64,000 nucleotides of DNA from Lama glama (Eukaryota): the NCBI GenBank assembly GCA_028534125.1, contig CM052818.1, positions 2,668,001 to 2,732,000 of the forward strand, read 5' to 3'. Of this stretch, positions 1 to 12,380 are shown piece after piece. The notes below the pieces were generated by a model that made no database searches, was not told the origin of the DNA, and saw only the letters and a program-made list of their open reading frames with translations. Made by a program: the position numbers and the translations under genes. Each line of letters opens with the position of its first letter. Positions within the stretch are counted from its first letter, which is position 1.

Positions 1-3000
1 GTTTGGCTTGAGTCCCCCGCTTCCCCAGGGAAGCCACGCACCGGCCCACGCCCTCCCTGGTTGAGGGCTTAGTGGTCAACCCCTTATTTGTGTCAGCCCT
101 AAGCTCCTTTCCCAGGGAACTGGGCTAGGAAGACGAGCTGGGCCAGGTGATCCTCGCACGGATGTTTGCCAGGTTCTTCTGGGCTTAAGGGCTGTTAGGA
201 AAACTCAAGAAGGCTGATAAGTTCTTGGACTTGGGCCTGGAGCTGGGGAACGACCTCACCTTCCTGCCCTCAAACTACCAGCCCCCACCTGAGCTGCCCT
301 CTTCTCCTTTCCCACGGAGGTGATGTTCACCCTTCCATCGTAGCCAGGCTGCGTGCTGGGGTGACAGGCCAGCAGGCCCTCTCTGTGCCTTCCCATCCGA
401 CCCTGGTATCTCCCCACTCCCACCCCCGCTGCCCCGGCTCCTCCTCAGCCTGTTTTCAGGACCTTTGGATGCAGAGGCCTCAAGGCCGTGGCCTGGCTCT
501 TGACATCTCACACCCCTGCCCTCCAAGCTTTGCTGCCCTTCCCCCTCCTCCCATCTTATCTTTGAGCCCATCTGTCAGATGCCTCCAATTTAAAAGGGGC
601 TAAAGATGAAATAATTGCCAACTGCTGTGAAGGGAGAAAGCCAGGCGGGCGGGACTGGGCCGGAGCACCAGGCTGGGAGCTCGTGGAAGAGGCACCTGGC
701 AGGAAGGGCCATTTGAGCTGCGGCTCCAAGGTCAGGTGGAGTCACGCAGCCAGCCCCCAGAGATCTGGACAAAGGGCACCGCTGGCAAAAGTGAGGAGGC
801 TCAGAGGCCGGAGAGAACTCGGGGCTTCTGGGGAACAGAGAGATGGGCAGCTCAGCTGGTGTGCACAGGCTCCCTTCCGGGCGTGAGAGGACACTCAGCC
901 CCGTGCCCTGTGCCCCGCAAGGCCAGGGGCGTCTGCAGTGTGGGCTGCTGATGATAGACACTCAGTAAATATTTGTTGGATGAATCACGGAAGGCGTCAC
1001 CTGGTCCCACCAGCTCATGCCCATCTTTCCCAGATCAGGATCGATGTGTCCCCCTACACACACACCTCCTCAGACCCAAACCAAATGAGGGTCCTGTCAG
1101 CAGCCTCAGGCTGGCTCCCCTGGCTCCTGCCATCCCCGTGAAGACAGAATGGAAGGGCTGAGAAAGAGGGTGCACGGGGCTGACGGGGTGGTTGGCATAG
1201 GAAGACCCCAGCCTCGGAGGGCTAGGGCAGAGGCTGGGGCCTCACGTCCCCACCGAGAAGGACGATCATCAAGCAGCCACACATGCCCTTCCTGTCCATG
1301 TGGCATTTTGATCAGCGCCTCTGGATTAGTAGGACTGTGTGGAGTGGAGTGGGGCAGGTGAGCCCAGCAGAGGGAGGATGGGGAAGGACTGTGAGAACAG
1401 GGGAAGGAGCGTGGGGCAGCGAGAGCCGGAATTTTAAAAAGCCCTGGGGAAGAGCTGGCATCTTACTGGCCCTGTAGAGAAAATACCAGACCAGCCAAAA
1501 GGGTTGAGATGGCAGAATAAAGATGCAAGGTGGGCTGGCTGTGTAGGGAGGTGAGGGTGTCGGGGGAGAAGGGGTCCTGAGATGCAGAAAGCCCCGGGGA
1601 ATCATTTCCAATCCCACCTGGGGAGACAAAGCTTTCAGTTTCCTCCCTTCGTCCGCAGCTGGCCCTGCTCCCCTCCCCGGCCCATTTCACAGCTTCTGCC
1701 ACGTAAAATCCGTTAACTCTGACATTCAACAACTCTACCTTGGGGGGGGTGCCTGCCAGGAGAAGAGGAGTGATGGGCACCCCTCTAGCTCCCCGGGAGG
1801 AGGGGGTGGTCTCGGGGGAGTCTAGGGGCTGGGGCAAAGTGCTTGCCTGCAGCAGAGCCGGGTCCTCTGCGCGGCCAGCTTCTCAGTTCCAGGCAGCATG
1901 AGGTCCGTAAGTCCCCATCTCATCACACCAGGCTCATCCCTAAGCCAGACGCAGCGCTTGGCTCGAGGTGCCGGACACATGCATCGCTCCAGAGCCTGGG
2001 CCTTTCATTGCAGTTACTCCACTCATGTGGTTCAGTGTCTGGCTCTCAGCATCCTTCAAGGCCTTGCCCTTGACTGACTATTGCAGCTCACTGGATCATT
2101 TCCCCTCTTAAGTCCCATGGCTGGTACCCTAGAGGATGTCCTGTTCTCCAGCTTGTCTGTGACTTAATGAGATGGATTGTGTCTCTCCCCTCAGACTGGG
2201 TTGTCTCCTCTGTCAAACTAGACAGTATCTTTTCTTAGAGGCTGTCTGGCTTGGACATAGCCAAGGTGGTGGCTGAGCAACAAAGGTGTCCTTGACCGAA
2301 AGCCAGGCCTTCTGGTTGTACCCATCCCCCGACTCTGCCTGTGTCCATTGCACAGAGTGGCAAACTGAGGCCTAGGAGGCCAGCTGATTTCTCCTAGGGC
2401 CAGTCACAGATCAGGACAATATCCTGAGGCATTCAAGGCTTAAGGCCACCACCCCAGCCCTGGGACACGCCCCTGACCCTGGAGGTAGTGCTGGAAGCAG
2501 GGGCTGAACCAGAAGACCCCTGAGGGGCACGGGCCTCCAGAGATTTTGCAGACACTCCCTCCAGCTGCTCTGCCCACCCCCTCTCCATTGTCCTAGCTGA
2601 CACTTGGGGTTGCTTCTCGGGCTGCGGGCCGCGAAGCCCCTCCCTGCCCCCACCTCCCCGCCGCCTTCCCTGTCAAAGGCTCAGCGGGGCTCCGCTAATT
2701 AGGGCCGGCCCAGCCACACCTGCAGCGTCCTGGGAGAGGGCTCAGGCGGGCGCCCATGCGTGAGGCCAGGGTGGGGGCAAGCCCGGGGCAGCAGGTCCCG
2801 CACCTCCTCCCTGATCCCCGCTGGAGGGATTAGGGGAGGGGGGGCAGGGGCTGGAGGGCTCTTAGAATCAGCCCAAGACCCTGACCGGTGGGTGGAACAC
2901 GCTCCGTATAACCTCCCTTGCCTTGCAGTTAAGGAAAACGAGGAGGCCTGCGGTTCGGCATTCAAGCCCCAGGGCGATCTGACCTGGCTCCAACCCACCA

Positions 3001-5434
3001 GCCGGGCTGCCAGCCTGTCTGTTCCAACCTGGGCTCATGCCGTGCGCCCCCATCCCTCAGTCTACCGTCTTCTGCCCCACACAACCAGAGAAAGCTCCAT
3101 GCCACCCCCCCTCCTTGGAGGGCCATTCCAGCTCCGAGGAAGGCAAAGGGGTCCCTTCTTTCCCAGGGCGGCTACTGCTGGGGTGGCTCCCCATCCTGAT
3201 TCCACGCCCATTCCCTCCCTCAGCCACTACAGAGAAATCACCTTTAATGCTTCAGGCCTGCTTAGTCCACCTCCTCCAGGAAGTCTTCTCCTGGACTCAT
3301 GCCCACCCATGGCCAAGCGAGCTCTGGGGTTGGGAGCTAGCTGCCCCGTCCTCGTCCTCTGGCCCTCTGCTCCCCCAGCTCTCCTTCTAGGCTCTTTCTG
3401 CCTCTACACAAAGTTCTCCTGCCTGGAAGTGCTCAGAGGCCCCAGGTAGGAGGCCAGGCTCAGGAGGAGGGCGGAGAGGGACACAGGGGTCTGAGCAGAA
3501 AACCCCTCAGGCTCCTGAGGAGGAAGGAGGGGACTGAGAAAGTCACAGGTGCAGAAGCACACCGAGGAATCCAGCCTCCCTTGGGTGGCCGGTAGCAGGC
3601 CGGGGCTGGCCTCTGGGGGGACCCTGTGAGGACACTCGCCTGCAGCAGAAGCACAGGCAGCGGCCTCTGTCATCACAATAACATCTTTAACGCAGGCACT
3701 GGGCAAGGGGCTCGCCCTGCGCTGACCTGTGTCTCTGGGTCGACTGTTGGGTGTGAATACGGTCGCCTGGGTGGGGGCCACATGGTGCGAACTGGGGGGC
3801 ACTGCTATTCCTGGTTCTGGCCGGGTCAAACCTCCTGGGTGTTTCCCCTTGTGCCAGGTTCTGTTGACTATAAATAAGAGGCCAGCTGGGAGGGGACCCT
3901 GGGGTAAGGCTGCACCCTGGGAAGGCACATTCCAGGGAGAAGGAAGGCGGAGCAAGGAGGTCCAGACCTCAGACTTTACCCCCTACTCAGCACCCAGGTG
4001 GCTCTTGGATTCTCACAGAGGGGAGGGGAGCCGGAGAACAGCCCCCGGGGTGGGACGTCCAGGGGCCTGAACAAAGGTCAGCCAACTCCACTCGGGTCTC
4101 CAAGGCTGGGCTCTGGACCCACAGGGGGCCCAGACACTGCAGATTTCTGGGCCTTGGTGACCCCACCTTTGCCTTAGCGGAGAGTCTGGAACTTACTTCG
4201 TCCTCCCTACGCCTCCACAGGGCAGGGCCTATGGGGCCTCCTGGATAAGTCAGACCCCACTGACTCTCAGTTTCTCCTTGGCTGGCGTGTCCTACACGCC
4301 TCGGTGCCTGTCCACACCCCCGGCACTGCTCCCACGCGCCCTGGGCCTGCCCACTCTGCTCGGGCTGTGCTCCCAGCGATGTCGGCCCCAGCTGCCTCTC
4401 CGGGCACTCCCCCTGCCCAGATGGGAGGGCTGGCTGTACTAGGCCAGCTTCTCCCCATCCACACCCTGTTAGGAGCCTCTGGCTCTGCTTAGCTGGTACT
4501 GGCCAGGCCGGTTTACTCCAGTGAGCTGGGCGGTCTGAGAATTTGAGAATTTGCCACACCAGAGAATGTGACCTTGGACAAGGAAAGATGGTGGGAGTGG
4601 AGGAGGGTGAGGGATGGGATGCTCCCTTTGGTCCTGGGGCCTTACTGAGCCCCAAACCTCTGGACTTGGCCCGCCCCAGCAGGACAGGCACTCCAGCTGC
4701 ACCCATAGATGCCCCCAAAGCCCCCCCCCGAAGTCCACAAAGGAACATTCCAGATTCCAGTACCCATGGCCCTCATACCCCTACACCTGGATGCCAGGCA
4801 TGTGCCCTGCTTCTAACTGCTCACACACACAGATATGTGATATCACCTGACCACGCACTCAGCTGTGTTCCCTTGAGCATGTTGGCTTGTACACGCGCAC
4901 CCTGAGTGTTCAAGCATGCACACACACTGGCACACATCTCTGATCACACACACCCTCACACATATCCACACCCAGCTGAAGGTGGGAGCACAGGCCCACC
5001 CAGGCACATTCTGCACGAGAAGAAACACGCACTCTGCATTGCCACACCACCCCTCAGAAACATGTGACTACACAGTTCATGCTGAGTGTTCTGGTGGATG
5101 CATGCACACACCTCAAACACATATTCACACAGGAGTGCTCGCGCACACACACACACATACACTCTCTGGGGCAGTTGGGAGCTCTCTGTGGATGTGGACT
5201 TAGGGTCTCAGTCAGGATCACTGATGACAGGAAGGTTCCTGTAGCTACTCCTCTGCCCTTTCCTCTGGGGTCCCCAGGCCTGGGGACCCCCATCCCTCCA
5301 CCTGCATCACTCTGAAGGACCAGACGGCCCCTAGGTCTCCCCACATCTTGGGTTCTCCTCTTTCCCTGAGGCTGAGAAGCAGGTCCAGGGACCGGCAGCC
5401 CACCCGACCTCACCTGCTGGGGGCTCATACTCAC

Positions 5435-5552
5435 TGACACGGGGGTGGGTGATGTAGTTTCGGGTGGCCGCCTGCACGTGCTCTCGAGCGGTGCCCAGGT
5501 CGGAGTCACTGCTGGGGAGCGCCCCGGGCCTACTGTCTACCTTCGCGGCCAT
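5435..5552 (-). CDS. ATP6V1B1: V-type H+-ATPase B1 subunit (kidney isoform), coding exon 1; gene continues beyond the left edge
   Basis: Encodes [39 protein letters not shown], which matches the recalled ATP6V1B1 N-terminus ([39 protein letters not shown]). Kozak context accATGG; 118 nt, phase 1; donor GTGAGT at 5434-5429. Lies downstream of VAX2 on the same strand, as in human. Confidence 0.96.
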
Positions 5553-5692
5553 GGTGAGGTGCCAGGCTGGGAGCCGAGTGCCTGAGCCTCCAACACTTCA
5601 GGCCCAGCTGGAGCTGGAGAGAGCTGGCCAGCCTCCCCACACCCCGTGGCCACTCCTCCCTTCCATCCTCCTCTCCTCCCCCGGGGTTGACT

Positions 5693-5699
5693 GTAAACA
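5693..5699 (-). promoter_or_regulatory. Forkhead (FOXI1-type) site TGTTTAC in the ATP6V1B1 proximal promoter
   Basis: GTAAACA on + at 5693-5699, about 140 bp upstream of the ATG. FOXI1 is an established activator of ATP6V1B1. Confidence 0.6.
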
Positions 5700-6814
5700 G
5701 GGAAACCTGGTGCTTTGGCTTGGAGCTCTTCCAGATCTGGGAGGTGCCCTTGGCCACCTGGGAGTGGGAGGCTGGGAGAGGGGCAGAGGGGTAAGACAGG
5801 CCTCTCTGCCCTCTGTCCTTGACTGTTCCTCTGTCCCTGCCCCCTCCCCTCCCTCCCTGCAGCCAGGGAGAACTGTTTCTCCCCTGGAAGCTCAGGTGCT
5901 TGCATGGCCCCCCGTCCCTCACACCTCCTCCTGGGCTCCCTCCTACGCCCTGTTTCTGGCAGGATGCCATCTCCTCAGGTCTTCTCCTCACTGTCCTCCC
6001 AACCTGCACGCTGTGCTCTGACCATACCTGGGTACTGCTTGCCCTGCACAGTTCCATCATCAGCTTTTGTTTGAATACCTACAGAGTATCATCCTTGGAC
6101 TTGCTTCAGTGCCTCCTACAGGAAGCCTTCCCGGGCTCCTCCGGGGCCCTGACCTCTTTCCTCCGTCATGCCCTTTTGGAGAGTTCTCTCACTGTCACCT
6201 CTTGGCTGTGAGCCCCCATGAGACTTGAGTACATCAGACTTGGGTCTCCTTAAGCATTTATGTCTCGTAATTTTGAGAGCTCTCTGAGGACCACGGCAGG
6301 TCTCTCTCCATTTGATCGTAAGACCTTAGGTTTCACCTCCAGGGTCCCAGGCAGCAGTTATGCCCTGACATTTTCAGCCCAAGGCAGCCCTGGTGGCTAA
6401 AGAAGTTGTCTCCTGGGAGGCAGAGTGTGACACAGGTCTGTTGGGCAAGGCAGGGTGGGCACTGGGGGATGGCTGCTCTGGTGACTCCCATGTCTCCTTC
6501 TAGACTCAAGATTTCCTGGCATTTCTAAGCAATTCCCCAAAATCTACTGCTGCACTAAAAGGAAGGAGATGTATAGCTGTCTGGGGATCCCTGTCTCCCA
6601 GCACCCCAACTGGGTGACTCAGGGCAGCCAATTTGAAGCCAAATATGTTTCCTGGAGCAGACTGGAGCTGACTGTGCTCCCTTCCTCCCCACAGAGTCAA
6701 AAATCTCACCCTGCCTCCTCTGACCTGAGAACCCATTTCGGGTTCCCAGTCCCTCTCACAATTCCTGGTCTTGCCAAGATTCTCTCGGGCAGGGGGGCAG
6801 GGTGCGTATGACTC

Positions 6815-7095
6815 AAGGGCAGCCTGGGGGAGAGCTTTGTGGTGATCAACAGTTCTGTATCTTGTTTGAGGTGGGCCCACGAATCTTACACAGGTGATAA
6901 AGTGACATGGAACTAAACACACACACACACACATACACGGTACCAACGTCAATTTCCTGACTCTGACATTATACTGTAGCCACGGAGGATGCAACCATTG
7001 GGAGAAACTGAGTGAAGGGTACACAGATTTCTCTGGACCATCTTTGCAACTCCCTAGAGATTTACAATTATTGCAAAATAAAACCTTAAATAAAA
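6815..7095 (+). mobile_element. Old L1 (L1MC/MD-like) 3' end fragment
   Basis: Typical L1M 3'UTR text (gtggtgat..aacagttctgtatcttg, CA tract, gtaccaacgtcaatttcctg, gggtacacag) ending in an A-rich tail. Boundaries approximate. Confidence 0.7.
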
Positions 7096-7572
7096 GTATC
7101 TTATTTGAGCAAAAGAATTTTTTAAAAAGTGCTTGAAGTTGGACTGTTTGTGATGGGCAGGTCCTCTAAAGCATGTGGGGCCTTGCCTGGGTGTACCTGT
7201 GATGCCCTCTCTCCAGCTCTCTGGATCCTGGTCTCACCTTTCATTGGTCACCCTCTCCAAGGACTTGAAATTCCCCCCCTTCAGTCCATGTTTGAGAGAG
7301 GAGCTTGCAAAGGGCAAAGCTCACCAGCAAAAGCATTGATGGTGCCACCATGGGCCTTGTAATGCCGGGGTGGGAGCTCTAGTTGGGAGCAGGAGTCAGA
7401 TGGGTACCCGGAGCCTCCCAACCGTAACCATGGCCCCAGTTTCTGTGTCTCCCATCAGCGGTCCCCCTGACTCTCGCCGGTTTCCCTTCCCAGTGAGGGG
7501 AGGGAGAGAGGGGACTGAGGGGCACTGGCGGTGCTGCGGGGACTCCGTTTCCCTTCTGGTCATGGTTTTCCT

Positions 7573-7578
7573 TTTATT
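7573..7578 (-). terminator. Probable VAX2 polyadenylation signal AATAAA
   Basis: TTTATT on + about 190 nt past the VAX2 stop codon. Confidence 0.6.
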
Positions 7579-7766
7579 TCGGTGAGAGGCACGCGCACAC
7601 ACACTGCACTCACGCACACACGCTGCAGGACCAGCGCTGTCGGCTGGGGAGTCTCTGAGCTGGGGGATGGGTGGGGCAGGGCGTGGGGCCGCCCCCGTCC
7701 GTCCGGGCCCGGGAGGCGGGGGGCGGTGCCGTGCTGGGGGACTCGGGGTCACACGGGGGTGGAGGC

Positions 7767-8210
7767 TTAAGCGTTGGCCTTCTTGCCGCCGCCGCCGCCG
7801 GGGCTGCCTACTCTCGGGTCCAGCCGGCTGTAGGGCTCGAAGGCCGAGGAGCCCAGTTCGTAGCCGGCGGGCAGGTCCAGGAGCGGGGCGGTGGAAAAGC
7901 AGAGGGCCGGCGGCGGGGGCGGCAGCGGGGGGGACGCCGAGGCCGAGTTCAGCGGGTTGAGGTGCGGGGACGAGTTCCTGGGGTCACCCAAGGAGGTGCC
8001 CCTGTGGCCGGCAGGCAGGCCCGGCGGGCCGGGGGTCAGCGCCAGGAGGCTGGGGGCCCCGGGCACGGTCAGCAGCCGGCCCTGCTCCAGCAGCCGCAGG
8101 ATGTTGGAGGTGGCGAAGGCCTTGGAGGCCGAGGAGGACGCCCGCTTCTCCAGGTCTCTGCTCTGGTCTTTCTTCTGCTTGGTGCGCCGGTTCTGGAACC
8201 AGACCTTCAC
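7767..8210 (-). CDS. VAX2: VAX2 coding exon 3 (homeodomain helix 3 and C-terminus)
   Basis: [27 protein letters not shown]...[10 protein letters not shown]...[12 protein letters not shown]...KKANA*. Acceptor ccccaag|GTG at 8211; TAA at 7769-7767; phase 0 matches the end of exon 2. Confidence 0.97.
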   Translation of the reverse strand: MKVWFQNRRTKQKKDQSRDLEKRASSSASKAFATSNILRLLEQGRLLTVPGAPSLLALTPGPPGLPAGHRGTSLGDPRNSSPHLNPLNSASASPPLPPPPPALCFSTAPLLDLPAGYELGSSAFEPYSRLDPRVGSPGGGGGKKANA

Positions 8211-8241
8211 CTTGGGGCGGAGCGTGGGGAGGGGTGTCAGC

Positions 8242-8741
8242 NNNNNNNNNNNNNNNNNNNNNNNNNNNNNNNNNNNNNNNNNNNNNNNNNNNNNNNNNNN
8301 NNNNNNNNNNNNNNNNNNNNNNNNNNNNNNNNNNNNNNNNNNNNNNNNNNNNNNNNNNNNNNNNNNNNNNNNNNNNNNNNNNNNNNNNNNNNNNNNNNNN
8401 NNNNNNNNNNNNNNNNNNNNNNNNNNNNNNNNNNNNNNNNNNNNNNNNNNNNNNNNNNNNNNNNNNNNNNNNNNNNNNNNNNNNNNNNNNNNNNNNNNNN
8501 NNNNNNNNNNNNNNNNNNNNNNNNNNNNNNNNNNNNNNNNNNNNNNNNNNNNNNNNNNNNNNNNNNNNNNNNNNNNNNNNNNNNNNNNNNNNNNNNNNNN
8601 NNNNNNNNNNNNNNNNNNNNNNNNNNNNNNNNNNNNNNNNNNNNNNNNNNNNNNNNNNNNNNNNNNNNNNNNNNNNNNNNNNNNNNNNNNNNNNNNNNNN
8701 NNNNNNNNNNNNNNNNNNNNNNNNNNNNNNNNNNNNNNNNN
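8242..8741. other. Assembly gap (500 N) in VAX2 intron 2
   Basis: Run of N. Confidence 1.
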
Positions 8742-9104
8742 CTTTCAGGGGGGATCTGCTCCATGTCCAGCTTGGCTGCAGCCCTGGCTGTGACAGGGAG
8801 AGACGGGAATGCCTAGGGCAGTCCCTGGAACACAGCAGGCGTTCAGTCATACTTCTGAACAAAAGTATGGGGTGAATATACTCAGAAGTCCACAAAATTC
8901 TAGCCATATCACCTTGGGCAAGTGAATTAGCCTCTCTGGGGCTCAGCTTTCAGAAACAGAGATCCTCTTACCCATAAAGTCATCTTTCTGTAAAGATGAG
9001 GTGAGCTAATGGATGTGCCTGCTTTAAATTTTGCGCATGTTATATAATTTCTGAGTGCCTCAGCTTCCGTCTCTTTAAAGTAAATATAGTAAAGAGCCTT
9101 TCTG

Positions 9105-9783
9105 GTGGGCTGAAAAAATATCCTTGGTCTTTGTCCCTGGTCCTTGGCACAGGGCTCCTGACTCCCATGCATTTCCTGACTGACACACCGGCCCCTCTGA
9201 GCGCACCTGAGTTTATGCTAATGAGGTGACTCAGGGTGAACTCCAAGTTTCAGGATGGAGGTTGGTCCCAGAAAGACTGGACCTGTGATTAGAAGGTTGG
9301 AACTTTCAGCCCCGTCCCTGACCTCCAGGGAGGGGAGTGCGGGCAGGAGACTGGGTTATAAAGACTCTTGAATAATGAGATTTGGGGGCTCCATGAACTC
9401 TCCCCCATATATCCAGCTCTATGCATCTCTTCCATTTGGCTATTTCTGAGTTGTATCCTTCATAATAAATCTGTAAAAGTAAACACAGTAGAAAGCTGCG
9501 AGTCATTCTAGCAAATTATCAAACATTAGGAGGGGGGTGCGTGAACCCCCACATTTATGGCTGGTCAGAAGTACGGGTGGCCCCTGGGATTTGCTACTGG
9601 CCTGTGACGTGGGACTGTCCTGTGAGACTGAGCCCTGAAGCTGCAGCGTCTGAACTAACTCCAGGAGCTAGTGTCTGAATTGAACTGAGTCGAACTATTG
9701 GACACTCAGCTGAGTGTCAGAGAATTGGTGGCTGTTAACGTGGGAAAGCACCACCTATTTGGTGTCAGAAGGAAAACCTCACA
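9105..9783 (+). mobile_element. Solo LTR, MER21-like (ERVL)
   Basis: Contains ttggtctttgtccctggt..ggcacag, gagtttatgctaatgaggtgactcagggtg and ggttggaactttcagcccc, typical of MER21 as recalled; ends ...cctcaca. Start approximate. Confidence 0.7.
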
Positions 9784-10035
9784 GGGATCCCACAAGGCAG
9801 TGGTTAGAACACATCAAGCACTTAGAACAGTGCCTGGTGCACAGGCAACGCTGTGTTAGCCAGCTGTATCGTATATTATCTGCAAAACCCCAGGGCTGGG
9901 GAAAGAGAAAGGAGGGCGGTAAGTAACAATCTGTTAATTGAGGATTCACTGGGGGCCCCCAGGAGGCCTGAAGAGGAAAAAAGGCCTTCACATACTTTCT
10001 TGACCTTGGGAAGTCCATGTTGGCTAGTGCCCACC

Positions 10036-10217
10036 CCACACACACACAGACACACACACCCCACACACACACACTCACCCCCCCCACACACACTCACCCC
10101 CACACATACCACACACCCCCTACACATGCACACCACCACACACATGTACCACACACAGACCCCTCCACACACCACACATACACCCACACACACCCCACCC
10201 CACCCCCACATACACAC
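10036..10217. repeat. Imperfect (CA)/(CACC)-rich low-complexity tract
   Basis: About 180 bp composed almost entirely of C and A. Confidence 0.9.
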
Positions 10218-11029
10218 TCTACACTTTACAGTTCAAGCCGTGTGGAAAAGGTCTTAGAATGAGGTAAAGAAGCCTTAGGGAAGGCTTCCTGGAAGAAGAG
10301 GAGCTCGGTCTTGATCTTCAAGGGCAGACAAATGTAGCCTGTACTGGGGGCAGAGCAGGGGAAGGATAAGGACTGAGAAGGAGCTACCGGCCTGGGCATC
10401 TGAGAGGCCCTTGGAATGAAGGTTTCAGGGGAGAGTTTGGGGGCAAAACTGGGTGAGACAGAGGGAAATTAGGACACAGGGGAGGGCTGGGGGTTGAGGG
10501 GTGACTCGGTGCCTAGATCCCGGGGTTTGAGGTGTCTCCCTGACTTCCCCTGGGAGCTCTCGCCTGGCCCAGCCACTGCGGGCCCCTTTCTGAGCAGAGC
10601 CTGGCCCTGCAACCCCGCTGAGCTCAGCTGGAGGGAGGGCCCCTGCCCCTGGCCATCTGCCGGGTTGTTTGGGGCTGTGTACAGGGAAAGCTGGAGGACA
10701 ACAGTCCAGGTGGAGATGACCCGAGCCTGCGGGCCGGCTGGCTGCCAACCTGCCCTAACTGCAGCGGGCCGTGCGGTGGGGGACCTCCCGGAGCCGCCGC
10801 CTGCGGCCTTCCCCAGGGAGCGCGCCCTTCCGGCCTGTCTGCTCCCTTAGTCCTCTCCTGCCTCTCCTCCCCCCTCAAGTGTCCTAGTCTGGCCCCTTCC
10901 ATACAGTTATTGACTGACCTTCCTCCGCTGCCTACCTATAGCTGAACCAAGAGTCTCTGAGTCTTCCTTTGACAAGCTCCAGGGTAGTTACCCAGTTTCC
11001 AGGCAGCAGAAAGATGCTGGACTGCTTGT

Positions 11030-11200
11030 CCAAACCCCAGCTCTGTATGACCTTGGGCATAACGTCTCCTCATGTGTAAAATGGGATAATTCTGGTAGTT
11101 ACATCACAGGGTTGCTGGGAGGGATTAGTGAGTTAACATATGCAAGGCACTTAGAACAGCGCTCTGGCACGATAAGTACTAATATTATTATTATTATCAT
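11030..11200. mobile_element. MIR SINE
   Basis: tgaccttgggca..cctcatgtgtaaaatgggataat..gggttgctgggaggatta MIR core. Similar MIR cores near 12040-12150, 13780-13930, 27470-27620, 38960-39150, 52040-52170 and 55950-56130. Confidence 0.75.
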
Positions 11201-11777
11201 TTAGCTCTATTACCAGCTTGAAATGCCTCCATTCACACAGAGTAGGTACTCAGTTTACTAAAGTTCTCCCTTTGGGTTGAGCATACAGTTGTTAAAGTGC
11301 TAAGCGTGAAGTCCTGTGTGAAGGGAATATTCAGAGCCCCTCTCTTCAACAGGAGTTTCTGAGGCACACTGGGATGAAGGGAAGGCGAGAGAAGATGGGG
11401 AAAGGTCCAGAATGGGGAAATGAGAGGTCCCTAGCCCAACTTTGTAATGCCTCATCTCTCCCCTGGATCTTTGCTCCCAGAAAGCCAACCCCTCTCCATC
11501 CCTTCCTGTAGGCTCCCTCCGGCACCAACCAATACCCTCTTAGGCCACCCTCTGCCTCTGGAATGGCCCTCTCTCCTTTTACTTTCTGTTGGCATATAAC
11601 TTCCTCTCATCAGCACTATATTTATGTGCTCTGATTCTTGTGTAACTTTAAGCCTTTCCCTAACATATGTCTGAACTCCAGGATCGGGTCTCCATGCAGC
11701 AGCCCGCAGGTCTCACACCCCAAGGAGTTCCCCGGCTGCCAGGGCAGGGGTGGAGTGGCCTGGCCCTGCCCTTTTAC

Positions 11778-11965
11778 CTGGGTTTCTGAGAGGTTCAACT
11801 GACAGGCCAGCTCAGTGCGCTCACGGCCCACCACGTACTGGCAGCGCTGAAACTCCATCTCCAGGCGGTACAGCTGCTCAGCTGTGAAGGATGTGCGGGT
11901 CCGCTTGGGCCGGTCCAGGTCCAGGCCCTTGGGCAGGACAATTTCCCGGATGGTTCCTTTGGCAT
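11778..11965 (-). CDS. VAX2: VAX2 coding exon 2 (homeodomain N-terminal arm, helices 1-2)
   Basis: (D)[62 protein letters not shown]. Acceptor ctgcag| at 11966; donor CAG|GTAAAA at 11777; 188 nt. Confidence 0.98.
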
Positions 11966-12380
11966 CTGCAGATATCATAAAAGGAGGCAGATTAATTCAC
12001 TAGTTAAGGATTTAAGTCACCAACGAGCGTCTTAATAAGAGGCAGTGTGATCTAGTGAGGAGTTCCTCAGATCTGAGCCTGGCTGTGTGACCTCTGACAA
12101 GCTGCTTACCCTCTCTGGGCCTAGCCTCCTTAATCACCCAATGCAGAATGTTATATCTAATGGGTATATGTATATGAATGGGCCTCAGTACAAATGTCAG
12201 GTCTATCATCATAGCCTGGGCAGAGAGGACTCACTTTGACCCAGCCAAGATTCTGCTCCCTCAGCAGAGCAAGAAACAAATGGAAAGAGAAACACCAAGT
12301 CCTCAAGTGCAGAGGAAAAGATGGGTTAGACCTGGATGTGACCCATCAGGTAGGTCTTACTGGAGGAGATGTCCAGAGAC

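Noticed and set aside
1..5434. ATP6V1B1 exon 2 (YRTVCSVNGPLVVLD..) and long ORFs at 2760-4748
   Set aside because: Exon 2 was not found, so it probably lies left of the window; the ORFs are low-complexity GC-rich intron readings.
7671..8907. Long ORFs (300-381 aa) over 7.7-8.9 kb, and similar ones at 60907-61701
   Set aside because: Inflated by N runs; otherwise antisense or off-frame readings of GC-rich VAX2 exon 3, L1 or CD207.
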